Assembly (NCBI RefSeq): GCF_006345805.1
Contig: NW_021832924.1
Coordinates: forward strand, 1-32,217
From: Octopus sinensis
Taxonomy: Eukaryota
Reading direction: 5' to 3'
Length of the DNA: 32,217 nt
A program made the position numbers and the translations under genes. The notes under the pieces are model-generated. The model searched no databases. It was not told the DNA's origin and saw nothing but the letters and a program-made list of their open reading frames with translations. Below are positions 10,938-23,329 of this stretch, piece by piece (the stretch's first letter is position 1; every line of letters begins with the position of its first letter).

Positions 10938-11168
10938 TAACCTATTTCTTTATTACCCACAAGGGGCTAAACACAGAGGGGACAAACAAGGACAGACATA
11001 GGTATTAAGTCGATTACATCGACCCCAGTGCGTAACTGGTACTTAATTTATCGACCCCGAAAGTATGAAAGGCAAAGTAGACCTCGACGGAATTTGAACT
11101 CACAATGTAACGCAGACGAAATACCGCTAAGCATTTCGCCCGGCATGCTAACGTTTCTGCCAGCTAGC
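10938..11168 (-). mobile_element. tRNA-derived SINE, family A, near full length
   Basis: High identity to 24196-24425 and 31981-32217. On the - strand it carries an A box (TGGCAGAAACG), a B box (GAGTTCAAATTC) and a CCTTTCAT.CTTTCGGGGTCGATAAA central domain. Confidence 0.92.
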
Positions 11169-12304
11169 AAATTGAAGTCTAGGGGCTTCATTGTCACTTT
11201 TTTTCTCTGACTATATTGTAATTATCGCCTGTTTGGGGAAAAACACAAGCACAACCACCAAAATATGACTTCATCTAACGAGCCTGACTCCGAGGCTACA
11301 CTTCCTGTCAGTTATCCTCAGCTTTGCGGAAACCATTCCTTGGCATCATCTTTCTTTTATTTCTTCTTTCTTTTATTTATTTTACTTTTGACGCTTCTCC
11401 TCCACATTTTTATTGTCGTTTTCTAGTCCAGCAATCCTAAAATCGCATGGAGCGTCGTCAGAAAATAAGGACTTCTCAGCCAGTTCACCTCAGACCCCAT
11501 AAAATGTATTTAAATATTTATTAAAGGTATTCATTTCTACTGCAGATACCCAGACAACACTGAAGAGCTATCATATCTTTCAGTCTCTCTTTTCTTCTGA
11601 GAGGCATTTCTATGGAATCTTCTAAGCAGCTGTTAGGAATTTGAAGGTGCCAAAATCTCTGAAGCGGACTCTTCTGTAGACCAATGGGTTACATTGAGAA
11701 AAGTATCCTTTACATTTAAGGCAAAAAGAGTTTAATGTGAAAAAAAAAAAATGCTGCGTTTTCTAGCAGACTGAGCAATTGAAGAGAAGGCCTTCACATT
11801 GGTTCGCGTAGGCGGCACTTGTCCATCACCAAGCGACATTCGTAGCAGGATTAGTGCAAGCTGTAAAACACTTGTAATTAGAAACTCTTGAGCTTAGAAA
11901 TGGGAAAGGTGGGAATAGACAAGCTGCTGTGACCATTCAGAATCTTCTATAAAGACATTGCTGTTAGCGTATCAAGAATATAATTGAAAAGGAAAAAAAT
12001 GTGAGTGGCAAGGGAAGTGTTTGTATATCTCTGTCATATCAACAACCACTTGTCTCTAAGAGAAAACATTTAAGAATTCTATAATAGACAATGTACAGAC
12101 ATATAATCTTAATCGCGTTGGACGTGTTGTAGGAATTGGTTTTTAATATGAATACAAAAGTAGTGCGTTGGACGATAACTGAGTCAATAAATGCAAACAA
12201 TCAAACAAAAAAATATTTGTTTTTAACATAGTTGGGGCTGTTTAAACTGTTTCCAGTATTTCTGCAGAGATATTTGTTTGGTCAATAACGTACAGAGAGG
12301 ACGA

Positions 12305-12373
12305 GTGTATGTGTATGTATATGTATACATATATACAAAGATCTACATATATATATATATATGTGTGTGTATA

Positions 12374-12423
<50 letters not shown>

Positions 12424-12580
12424 CACACACACATGCACGTACACACACTCACATATATATACCTATATGTGTCAGTGTTTGTATGTGTATGTATATATGT
12501 TTATATATATATATATATGTGTGTATATATATATATATATATGTGTGTGGTGTGTGGTGTGTGGTGTGTGTGTGTGTGTG
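12305..12580. repeat. Compound TA/CA/TG microsatellite
   Basis: Directly visible. Confidence 0.95.
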
Positions 12581-12829
12581 TACACTCCCGTACGCTCTTT
12601 TATGTCTGTCTGTATGAGCGTATGTAAGTGTATGTCGGCCATTTACGTCTGCGTCTTCATATTTCCATTATTTTGCCAAATGGTTTGAATGTTTATAGGT
12701 ATGTGTTTAAATAGTTTGATTCCCAATCGTGTGTTTACGGGATCGATTTCATTAGGCACCACTTTGAACAATCGTTTTCTCTTGCTGCCTTTCGTTCATC
12801 AATAACCTATCAATGAAAATCAATGAACG

Positions 12830-12930
12830 GTACACAGCACGGCATCTTGAGATAGGGTCACTTATTACAGCCTCGCATCGTCCCAGTGTCTGTGAGTGAA
12901 AATGGATGGAAACTGTGGGGAAGATACCAT
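12830..12930 (+). mobile_element. Very diverged family E SINE fragment
   Basis: GGCATCTTGAG..AG.GTC....TACAGCCTCG...TGTGAGTG...GATGGAAACTG resembles the reverse complement of 20795-20925. Confidence 0.5.
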
Positions 12931-13081
12931 ATAGTATCACACTCATTCTGCGTGACAACTGCTTTAAAGGTGCTTCTTGGAATACTCAACCGTTGACACA
13001 CTGGTTGAATGATCCTTAATTGACTTTGTGACTGAATGCTCGGCGTCGAAGCTGACGAAAAACCATTTACTTATTATATTT

Positions 13082-13282
13082 GTGCGAATCCGGTGCATCG
13101 AACAAAAATACCTTGTGGTATTTAGTCACTGACTTGCATATATTAACGTCCTTTCACACCCAACGGTAAATATCGCCATTCATAAATACATTCATAAATA
13201 CTGGGTCGATGTAATCGACCATCGACGCGGGGCCTCAACGTGGCTGCGATCCAAAGACCTGAAACTACGAAATGAATAAAAC
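13082..13282 (+). mobile_element. Diverged SINE with an A-type head and centre and a B-type tail
   Basis: AAAATACCTTGTGGTATTT head, CTGGGTCGATGTAATCGAC centre, C.TGGCTGCGATCCAAAGAC.TGAAAC tail. Confidence 0.55.
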
Positions 13283-13294
13283 AACGCACACTTC

Positions 13295-13418
13295 TGTGTG
13301 TGTGTGTGTGTGTATGTGTGTGCGTGTGTACGTATATATATAAATATATTTGTATGTATACACACACACACATTTATACATATATATATATTATATATAA
13401 TGTATATATATATGTAAC

Positions 13419-13469
<51 letters not shown>

Positions 13470-13470
13470 G

Positions 13471-13529
<59 letters not shown>

Positions 13530-13575
13530 TATATATATGAAGATATATATATATGTAATATATATATATATATGT
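13295..13575. repeat. (TG)n/(TA)n array
   Basis: Directly visible. Confidence 0.95.
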
Positions 13576-13578
13576 AGT

Positions 13579-13898
13579 GAGGGCGCGTGGCTTAGTGGTT
13601 AGGGCATTCGGCTCATGATCGTAAGGTTGTGAGTTCGATTCCCGGCGACGCGTTGTATCCTTGAGCAAGACACTTTATTTCACGTTGCTCCAGTCCACTC
13701 AGCTGGCAAAAATGAGTTGTACTTGTATTTCAAAGGGTCAGCCTTGTCACTCTCTGTGTCACGCTGATTATCCCCGAGAACTACGTTATGGGTACACGTG
13801 TCTGTGGAATGCTCAGCCATTTGCACGTTAATTTCACGAGCAAGCTGTTCCGTTGATCGTATCAGCTGGGACCCTCGTCGTCGTAACCGGCGGAGTCT
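13579..13898 (+). mobile_element. tRNA-derived SINE, family C, full length, with a CORE-like segment
   Basis: A box TGGCTTAGTGG, B box GTTCGATTC, TCCTTGAGCAAGACACTTTA (CORE-like); the 3' half matches 26005-26198 and 27721-27870 in reverse complement. Confidence 0.88.
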
Positions 13899-14354
13899 TT
13901 AGAGGATATATATATATGTGTGTGTGTGTGTATGAGTGTGTGTATATACGTATATACATATATGTGTGTGTAAGTGAATCCAAATATATAATCCTGCCAA
14001 CGGATTTGTTTGGTTTATAATGCGTAAATGTTTGTTCTGAGGATGTATATCAAATATACAAATGTGTGTGTGCATGTGTGTGTATGTGTGTGTGTGTGTC
14101 TGTGTGTGTGTGCGTGTTATTGTATTGAATGCTTGTGGTGGGGAATAGAGATATCAATAAACTGCAGCAAATCTAGATTCGTGGAGTCCCTCCATGACCC
14201 GCTCAACAATCGACTCGCACCGGGTTTCAATCTGTTTTTTTTTTTTTTGTCTTTTTTTGCTTTCTTTCTTTTCCCAAACAATTCTCTGAAATTTAGTGAA
14301 AATATAAAAACACGAAACTATTTCCTATTATTATATTAACAATAAAGAAAATTA

Positions 14355-14641
14355 GAAGACGATGATGACGAGGACGACGATGGAGACCGCATTGACTCAG
14401 AGATGAAGAAGTTGAGGGGGAGGAAGATGGAGAGGGAAGGGGGAAGCAAGATGAACGACAAAGAAAGAATGCAGAGGAGAAGAAGGAAGAGAAGAAGAAG
14501 GAGGAGCAGGAGGAAGAAGAGGACGAGGAGGACGAGGACGAGGAGGACGAGGAGGACGAGGAGGAGGTGGAGGAAGAGGAGGACGAGGACGAGGACGAGG
14601 AGAAGAAGAAGAAGAAGAAGAAGAAGAAGAAGAAGAAGAAG

Positions 14642-14672
<31 letters not shown>

Positions 14673-14760
14673 TCCATAGATGACATGCTATACAAAACAT
14701 GTGACAAAATAACATTCACTTCTTTTCTTTCTCTCTCTCTCTCTCTCTCTCTCTCCCTCT
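14355..14760. repeat. Compound GAT/GAC/GAG/GAA purine-rich array plus (CT)n
   Basis: Directly visible; explains the ORFs at 14293-14845. Confidence 0.95.
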
Positions 14761-15246
14761 CTCGCCTGTAAAATCGTATTAATTGCACTGATAATAACTT
14801 TAGTTCCTCCTTCAATCTCTCCATAATTTTACCGTCACTCTTCAACCGCCATCATTCCTCTTTCAATTGATTTCGTCCAGTCTTTCTTGGCCTCAGTTCT
14901 TTCTTTTACGGATGCCTTTGCTCCATTCTCCTACTTTACTTTCAGAATTATCCACTGATATTCCCGTTTCTCTTGATTGCAATGGTCTACCAATCTTTCC
15001 TTCTTTTCAGTAACCCCTCGCTCTTATGGTTTGTGGTTTTGTTAAACCGAGAATCTTTCACAAACATCATACGCGGGAAACATCTAATTTGATATGATGT
15101 TTTTGCCATCATCGTCCACGTCTCACATGTATACATAAACGTAAACAACAGACATGTAGACAGACAAATTATATAGAATTTTAAACCATAAAATAATTAT
15201 TTTTTATTTTTCAAAATGAAACAAACCTGTGAGTTTATATATATAT

Positions 15247-15313
<67 letters not shown>

Positions 15314-15361
15314 CATGGTTGTTCAACATGCTATTTAGCGTCTAAATCGGCGGATGAAATT

Positions 15362-15443
15362 GTCAGCGGGTAATTTAGCTTAATGGTAAAACACTCAGTT
15401 GGAGTGTTGGGGGATGTGGGTTCGAATCCCATGGCTGGTTTTT
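15362..15443 (+). pseudogene. tRNA-like sequence (pseudo-tRNA or SINE head) with A box, B box and T5 tract
   Basis: TAGCTTAATGG (A box), GTGGG-TTCGAAT-CCCAT T arm with a perfect GGTTCGAATCC B box, TTTTT at 15439-15443. The D and acceptor stems are non-canonical. Confidence 0.6.
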
Positions 15444-15585
15444 GACTACTTTTCCCGCCCTGTAAGGGTAATTTACCCACTATTTCTGCTGTTCTAACGG
15501 CAAAACTGCGTTCGAAAAAATATCACCTCTTTGTTGGTTTTGTACTTCTAATACGCTTCTAATAAAAACAAATACAAGTTCGTTC

Positions 15586-15619
<34 letters not shown>

Positions 15620-15987
15620 CTGCATATATATATATACACACATATACATATATTGATAGATGAATAAGTATATGTACATATATAGACAGACATACATACA
15701 TATATATATATAGAGAGACATACATACATATACATATATATATATATATATATATACACGCACACACATGGCAATTAGCCACTTGTGTCCGAGGGATAGT
15801 ATCACTGAGTGTTATATGTGTGCATGTATCTGTGCTTAAGTATGTGTGTGTGTGTACTCTTATGCACCAAACGCCTAAATGAGACGATCGTCCAAGACTA
15901 ATAACGCAGTATTCGGTGTTCTGACAAGGCATCCATCTTAAGTTGGATATAAAGATTACCTCTTGGTACTAATACTGCTTCCGTGAC

Positions 15988-16090
15988 TAATAATTAACAT
16001 ACATACATACATAATAATTAACATACATACTAATAATTAACATACATACTAATAATTAACATACATACTAATAATTAATATACATACATA
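15988..16090. repeat. 19-bp minisatellite (TAATAATTAACATACATAC) x5
   Basis: Units start at 15988, 16012, 16031, 16050 and 16069. Confidence 0.9.
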
Positions 16091-17519
16091 CACACACATA
16101 CATACATACATACATACATACATACATTTAAGTGTGTTATGGGGGTCTATGGGATTGTCTGTGTATCTGTGTGCATGTGTAAATAATCAATGTCATATAT
16201 TTATAATGATCGTGTGTATAGCTAATAAGTATACAGTCATTGTGTCAACAGCCATTTTGTGTAGAGTGATTGTGTCAATATCCAATAGCCATCGCGTAAA
16301 TATACATTGTATAAATTACCCGTCGCCGTGCAATAACTAATCATTAAATCAATGAATGTACGACTGTTTGATGTTGATCGTAAGACTGTGTTAAATCAAT
16401 AATGGATGAAGAGTTTTTAGTGTTTATTTGGTGACTTTTAAATGATTCCCTCGTTCTCTGCTGATATTTCTGCTGTTTACGTTGTTGTTTTTTTATATTT
16501 CCTCAGTTATGGCTGCTTGTTGTGAATACAACAGAGCTGAGTGTTAACAAGCTGGCGACAAGCTGTTTCTGTCTTTTGATTATCACTGCTAATTCCTGAT
16601 TCCTGATTTCTAACCCAAGCTTCTTCCCTCCCCCATTTTGCATACCTTGTTAACGTATTTGATGCGAGAAGCATGCCCGCCATTCTTCGAATCAAACGAC
16701 ACAGACTTTTTTTTGTTGTTGTTGAAATAAAAAGAGACTTCGTGATGTGTAAACTAGTTAAGTGGAATACAAACCCTTTAAGATGCAGCCTACCAACGTT
16801 TCACACGGGCCGCTTACTCGTCTGGCTGGAAATAACAGCTAAAGGGGAAGGTTTTTGTATCAATGAGTATAAACTGAGTTGTGATCGTCACAGATATTCT
16901 AACGTGTCATGAACGAAAGCAATTTTAGAATTTTGAAACACATTTGATTAGGGTATAACGATATTTTGAAGCAACATTTCTAACTGTTCTAGACTAATCT
17001 GATACCATTCAGAATCATTTGACGACGTTGTAAATATCCCTGAGTATATGCTATACATAGTAACGCATCATACGCAGAGTAAAGATAATTAGAGTGATTA
17101 TTACTGGATAATTAAAGTGGTTTATGGGAAAGCTGCATCGGGGGAGGCAATATGCAAATGATTAGGATGCTGTAAGTGAAAGTCAGTGCTGATGACACCA
17201 AACAAACACACAGACAAACACACACAAATGCACAAGGCATACTTTGGAAGGAGGGGAGCATATCATTGATGAGGTTGCGAATAGCGATGAAAGGACTTTG
17301 ACAAACAAACAACCGATCTTTTTGTTTAAACAATACATCGAAACGTTCGATTACTTTGGCTGGATATTTAACCAATTGATTGGCAATAAAAAAGAGATAT
17401 GGAACCAGTGTATGTTATTATTATTAACCTAAAGACCCTCCCAAGAAACGGTAAGATTTGTTTCAACATGCGAATTCACATCAAGAATCTTACAAACCAG
17501 ATGCGAAAACGAATAAACA

Positions 17520-17598
17520 CATCATACATACATACATAATTGACATACATGCATATATATATATATATTAGTATATATATATATATACATACATATAA

Positions 17599-17629
<31 letters not shown>

Positions 17630-17649
17630 GAGTATATTATATATATTAT

Positions 17650-17691
<42 letters not shown>

Positions 17692-17745
17692 AATATATGT
17701 GAGTATATATATACTATATATATATATATAATAATATAATATATT
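17520..17745. repeat. (CATA)n/(TA)n array
   Basis: Directly visible. Confidence 0.95.
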
Positions 17746-18359
17746 CATAAGTATATAATCCCTCACAAGACGTGGACATGCACTTTCCTCATCAGTTATA
17801 GTTCAGAATCATAGCAATTTCATGCCTTTGATAATAATATTTTCATTTTAGTATTTTAGCGGCGTCAACAACAAAAAGCTGCTACGAATAATGAACGAAC
17901 ACATGAACACATATGACCACAGATATTTATGTAGTTATGTTTAAAGCACAACCACTTGAATAGCTATTCACCATACATACGTCAACATCAAGGACTACAA
18001 TCAAATTGGACAGCCATTGTATGCGAATGTATTTTCTGTATCTACGTCCAAGTTTCGGCTATTTCAATTGTGCTTCGTTATCATTAGTGTGAATAAATGT
18101 TCGTATTATCTAAATAAAGAAATCCAGTGCATTTCAGCCTTTTCTTGGCTTTATCAGTGATATGTACTTACAGTTACATAAGCGACAAACATATCAACAA
18201 CGCGAGTGCTAGCTTATGTACATGCATATATGTACACACTGTGTAATTCACAGATCTGCTAACCACAGGAGTTTTCTTGGTTTAAACAAAAGAGCATTGT
18301 CGCTTTGTTTTGATCGGCTTGAATTCTACAAAAGAAAAATACCATAAGCGAATCTCAAA

Positions 18360-18655
18360 AAAACATACATACACACATACACATACACAGACACACGTAC
18401 ATACATACATACATACATACATACATACATACATACATACATACATACATACATACATACATACATACACAGACACACGTACATATATACATACGTACGT
18501 ACATACATACATACATACATACATACATACATACATACATACATACATACATACATACATACATACATACATACATACATACATACATAGACACATATAC
18601 ATACATACACACATACATACACATGCATACACACATACACATACATGCATACGTA
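18360..18655. repeat. (CATA)n tetranucleotide array
   Basis: Directly visible; explains the MYVC/HTYI ORFs. Confidence 0.97.
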
Positions 18656-19120
18656 CGCAGCTGAGTGCGATGTCATGTGTTGACTTTGACGTTGAACAAA
18701 TCGACATTAAATAAAGTAAAACGTTTGCTTAATTTCGCCGATGAAAATCACTCTGTAACTTAATTCTCGTAAAACATAGAACACTGATGAAATTAAAAGG
18801 AAAAGAAAAACAGCTGAGATAGAAATAAATATAAAATTTTGTTGAAAAATAAGAAAATAAACTCAATGTAAATATCAACTCTATATCAAGTGCCTGACCG
18901 AAGATTTATTCTCTAAAAATAGCGAAACAAATATATGGAAACATTTACTCGTTATCGTAAGGCTGTTTGCAAACGTGTGTTTGTGTGTATGTGTATGCAA
19001 ATATATAATATATATATATATATACTTTATTTAAAGCAGCAGAAAATTCAACAAGTAAGTATGTGTGCCTATGTATGCATGAATGTGTATGTATAGACAA
19101 ACATTCTGATAAATGCATTG

Positions 19121-19700
19121 CCCCGCCGTTGCCCGCCTTCCGTTTCCCCTCACCTATCATACCTCCGCCCTGCCCCTTCAACGCATCATTCTCCGCGGCT
19201 TCCGGCGACTCCAGTCCGACCCCTCAACCTCGCACATCTTCCCCAACTTACCCCTTCCTTCCTTCAAACGAGCCCATAACCTGTGTAACCCCCTGGTCCA
19301 CCGTTTCTTCCTTTACCCCACCTCCCAGCTTGGCTCGTTCCCCTGTTCTCGCCCACGCTGCCGTACCAATCCCTACCTCTCCAACACCACCATCCTCACA
19401 GGCACCCATCATCGTCTCTATCACATCACCGACTCCTTTACCTGCATTTCTAGTAACGTCATCTTCTGCATGTTCTGCTCTTTCTGCCCTTCCCTGTACA
19501 TCGGTTCGTGGAGTACCTCCGAGGCATCAGACTCGGCCATTTCCGCTCTACCGGTCATTCACTACAACTTCTGTCTGTGTTTGGACTGTCTTTGCACAGG
19601 TGCCGTCCGGACTCCCGCCATCGCCGTGAACAGAGATTAATCTTTTCTCTTCGCTCCTTTTCACCATAAGGTCTCAATTCCACTCCTCTCTTCTTCTGAT
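19121..19700 (+). mobile_element. Penelope-like element remnant (Neptune-type linker plus GIY-YIG endonuclease), pseudogenised
   Basis: RLPFPLTYH..LQRIILR.F..LQSDPSTSHIF, FPC.RPRC.T, FTC.SSNVI(F)C..C..C..LYIG; then in a shifted frame RF.EYLR, HF...GHS and EQRLIFSL...P.GLN. These motifs are typical of PLE GIY-YIG C-termini. Confidence 0.85.
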
Positions 19701-19925
19701 ACCTACTTCCTCTCTTCACTCCTACCTACCTCCTCTCTACGTTGATACAACCCCATCCCATCCCAATTTTGCAGAGGTAAAACGTGATCTTTATTCACTT
19801 AGTTTTCTTCCAGGCATGTGTGTAAAAATGTAGTGTTAATTCTTGTGGCTTCGGAGTATTTTTAATTCTTATTTTTAGCAAAGCTGGTGCTCGTTATATA
19901 TATTTGCTCTTGTTATATATAATTT

Positions 19926-19967
<42 letters not shown>

Positions 19968-19971
<4 letters not shown>

Positions 19972-20172
19972 TTTTATTCTTTTATTCTTTTACCTGTCAG
20001 TCATTAGACTATGGCCACGCTGGAACACTGCATTGAAGAATTTTAATAGAATGACTCGACCCCAGTACATTCATCCTGGTACTTATTCTATCGGTTCTGT
20101 TGCCAAACCGCTAAGTTACAGGGACGAAAGTGCACCCCACACTGGTTGCCAATCGCTGGTGAGGGACAAAGT
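19968..20172 (-). mobile_element. SINE family B copy
   Basis: The reverse complement matches 22179-22317 and 1330-1525, with a (TCTTTTAT) tail. Confidence 0.78.
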
Positions 20173-20479
20173 GATACAAAGAGACACATACATGAATATA
20201 TAAATTATATATATAATATATATATATATATATAATATATATATATATATAAGCTCTAGTTTACACTTTTTGGGAGCAACCAGATCGAACCATCTCAAGT
20301 GTAACTGCCCGAATGGTCGTGACTTTTGGTACTTGACTGAGGAAAGACAGCCAAGAATGTCTCGTCTTTTTTGCCTGTCCTTCTAATTGTTGTTTTTCTC
20401 TTGTCCGCCTTTGTTTCGTCCATCTGTCCGAACATTTTAATGCCCTCAATTGCGTTTTTTGTTCCATTTATATAGATAG

Positions 20480-20482
20480 ATA

Positions 20483-20540
<58 letters not shown>

Positions 20541-20794
20541 GATAGATACATAGATAGATAGATAGATAGATAGATAGATCGATAGATAATAGATGATACA
20601 TACATACATACATACATCATACATCCTACATACATACATACACATACATACATACATACACATAGAAAGAAAGAAATATAGATATATACATATATATGTA
20701 TATATACACAGATACATATATATATATACATATACATATATTTATATATATATATATATATGCATATACATACATCTATCTATGTATATATATA
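20480..20794. repeat. (GATA)n, (CATA)n and (TA)n compound array
   Basis: Directly visible. Confidence 0.95.
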
Positions 20795-20925
20795 TACGAC
20801 GGGCTTCTTTAAGTTTCTATCTACCAAATCCGCTCACAAGGTTTTGATCAGCAGAAGACAATTGTCCAATGTGCCACGCAATGCGACTGAACCCAGAACC
20901 GTGTGGTAGGGAAGCACATTTCTTA
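20795..20925 (-). mobile_element. Family E SINE
   Basis: GACGGGCTTCTTT.AGTTTC..TCTACCAAATCC.CTCACAAG...AGAAGACA.TTG.CCAA.GTGCCACGCA..G.GACTGAACCC; related to 1708-1863 and 23330-23441. Confidence 0.8.
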
Positions 20926-21820
20926 TATAAATGTATATATATATTATATATATATATATATATATTATATTATATATATCTATATTATATATATATATAT
21001 ATATATAGTGTGAATAACGATTAGCTTTTCTTCCAACCGTTATATTAACGAGAATGTTCAGAGTATAAATTAAACAAGTAAAAATAGGTTGGCAAAAGTT
21101 GCCAACAATATTACTTGTACTGAGTGACTGTGGTTTATTTTTTAACCTCTGCAACTTATCTGTTTGTAATAGATTAGAGACGAAATGGTAATGTCGATAG
21201 AACGGTCACAAAGGGGTGCAATGGAAAGTAGGTCTGGATTAAAAAGAAAAAGAACCTACTTTAGCAGAGAACATAATGGAAAGTGTTGGATGAAGGAATT
21301 AATGAAAATTGAAGGAAAGCACTCAAGCCTTGCGGCAGTCTATGAATTAGTGGAGTAAAAAAATGAATGGTTGCAGCATTCGATTCGGTTTCGTTTGGTT
21401 CTTTTGTAATCTTATATGTGCTCCTCGTTCGATGTGTGTAAGTATGCGTGTGTGTGTTGTGTGTGTGTGTGTATGTGTGTGTGTGAAAGAGAGAGAGATT
21501 GTGTGTGTGTGTGCGTGTGTGTGTGTCTGTGTGTGTGTGTGTGTGTGTGTGTAGGAGTAAGTTTGTAAACATATTCATACAACCACATATAGAAATATAT
21601 AACAATGAAGGGAAGGTTAAGAGAGAACGAGAAGCAAATGAAGAGGTGGTGGGGGTGAGAGTGAGGTGGGGAAGAAGGTGAGTGGTGTAGAAGATGAATT
21701 GGGGGGGGGAGAGAAAAGAAAATCATGGTTGAAGGAGAGAAAATCTCAATGACATACACACTGATACTAACACATACACACACACACACACACACTCATA
21801 TACACGCGCGCACACACACA

Positions 21821-21856
<36 letters not shown>

Positions 21857-22178
21857 CACGCTAACACATGCACTCTTTTTCAGATAACCATACAAATACA
21901 CTAACACACGCATACATACTGAAACACACACATGCACTCTAGCACATACATATATATCTCATACACACACCCATATGCTCTCACACACACACACACACAC
22001 ACACACAGAACGCTGAAACATCGAAAATATACGAAAATATTGCTTGCCATAAAAGTTTAAAATTTCGTTTTGTTTTATTTGTTTTCGGGGTTTTTTATTC
22101 CTGTTCTGCTTTGAAGGAAAAATAAATAAATACATTATTCTTTTATATTTATTGTTGACATAATCATTTTTGGTGGGG

Positions 22179-22317
22179 AACTAGCGGTTCGGCAAAAGAG
22201 ATCGATAGAATAAGTACTAGGCTTACAAAGAATAAGTCCTGGGGTCGATTCGCTCGACTAAAAAGGTGGTGCTCCAGCATGGCCACAGTCAAATGACTGA
22301 AACAAGTAAAAGAGATA
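22179..22317 (+). mobile_element. SINE family B, 5'-truncated
   Basis: TAGCGGTTCGGCAAAAGAGATCGATAGAATAAGTAC...GGGGTCGAT...GGTGCTCCAGCATGGCCACAGTCAAATGACTGAAACAAG. Confidence 0.85.
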
Positions 22318-23329
22318 GCCACGGGTCCAACTCCTTTTCAAGACGAATATCATTGCCATAGCAACCAAAATAATATAATTGAGGACAGCAAACGCCGCGC
22401 TTCTTCTTTATTCCTTCGCAGAAGTCACGAACAGGAATAATTCTTCATTTATATGCAAACTGCTGTTATTTTTTAATGATGTACATCATCAGTGATTTAA
22501 TAAACAACAGTCGGACAATTTTTCAATAATTAAAGAATTTTTAATTATTTTAGCCTCAATAAAATACTAAAACAGTTTATATAAAATTCTTCCATTGTCT
22601 TTGTCTTTGGATCCAATCTTCCTCGCTTATTTCCCAGAAACATTACGAGAGTGTGAGTGCGCGCACCTGTGTGTATGATGTGTCTGTCTATAATTATAGC
22701 AGTAAATGCATATACATGTGTGTTTCTGTGTAAACATATCTAAAATTATAGAATATTATATGTGTATGTGTATAAGCAGCTAAATTTGTTTAGGAAAGAT
22801 ACTCGATATATTTCGTCGACGTCATTGTCCTTTATCAATCAACTTATTTCATAAGACTTATACACGCGTGTATATATGTGTATAAGTGCGTATATACGTG
22901 TGTGTGTGTGTGTGGTGTGTTAATGCGTGTAACAAGGACGAAATACTCTTGCGGAATGGCAATACTGGTGAATCATGGATGTAGAGAAACAGTGGTAATT
23001 CTGACAATTCACGCTGCAATTAAAGTTAATAGAAAATTATTTTAGTTGATGGCAGAACTTATATTCACAAGGTTGTAACATTGTTCATGTCCACCATATT
23101 CAGACAGACTACAATATGATAAGGCTTTTAATCAGATCCACAACCGTGAGAAAATTCAAATCAGTTTGACAATATTTCAAATCGGAATGTATAAGCTATA
23201 TCTTAGCACAATTAACGTGTTAATAATTGTATATTTGTCTATGAGTGGACGTACCTTTCTCTAAATGTGTGTATGTTATCATGTATGTATTTTGGGTCGA
23301 CTTCTTAATTTCACTTCTCAATTTTGAGT

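Noticed and set aside
13052-13100. CTGACGA as a hammerhead core
   Set aside because: No stem II hairpin or GAAA follows.
13581-13650. Possible tRNA-Met gene (loop CT-CAT-GA)
   Set aside because: The stems are imperfect and it continues directly into a SINE body shared with other copies, so it is a SINE head.
14780-15110. Possible host exon after TTTCAG acceptors
   Set aside because: No recognisable protein motif, pyrimidine-rich background and no convincing donor.
15310-15463. Tc1/mariner-type MITE around the tRNA-like unit (right end ...CCGCCCTGTA)
   Set aside because: The left end (TACATGGTTG) matches the expected inverted repeat too poorly.
15988-16090. CRISPR-like regularly spaced repeats
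   Set aside because: The units are contiguous without unique spacers, there are no cas genes, and the context is eukaryotic.
19063-19629. 188-aa Pro/Ser/Thr-rich mucin-like ORF
   Set aside because: It is an alternative frame of the C-rich Penelope-like endonuclease remnant.
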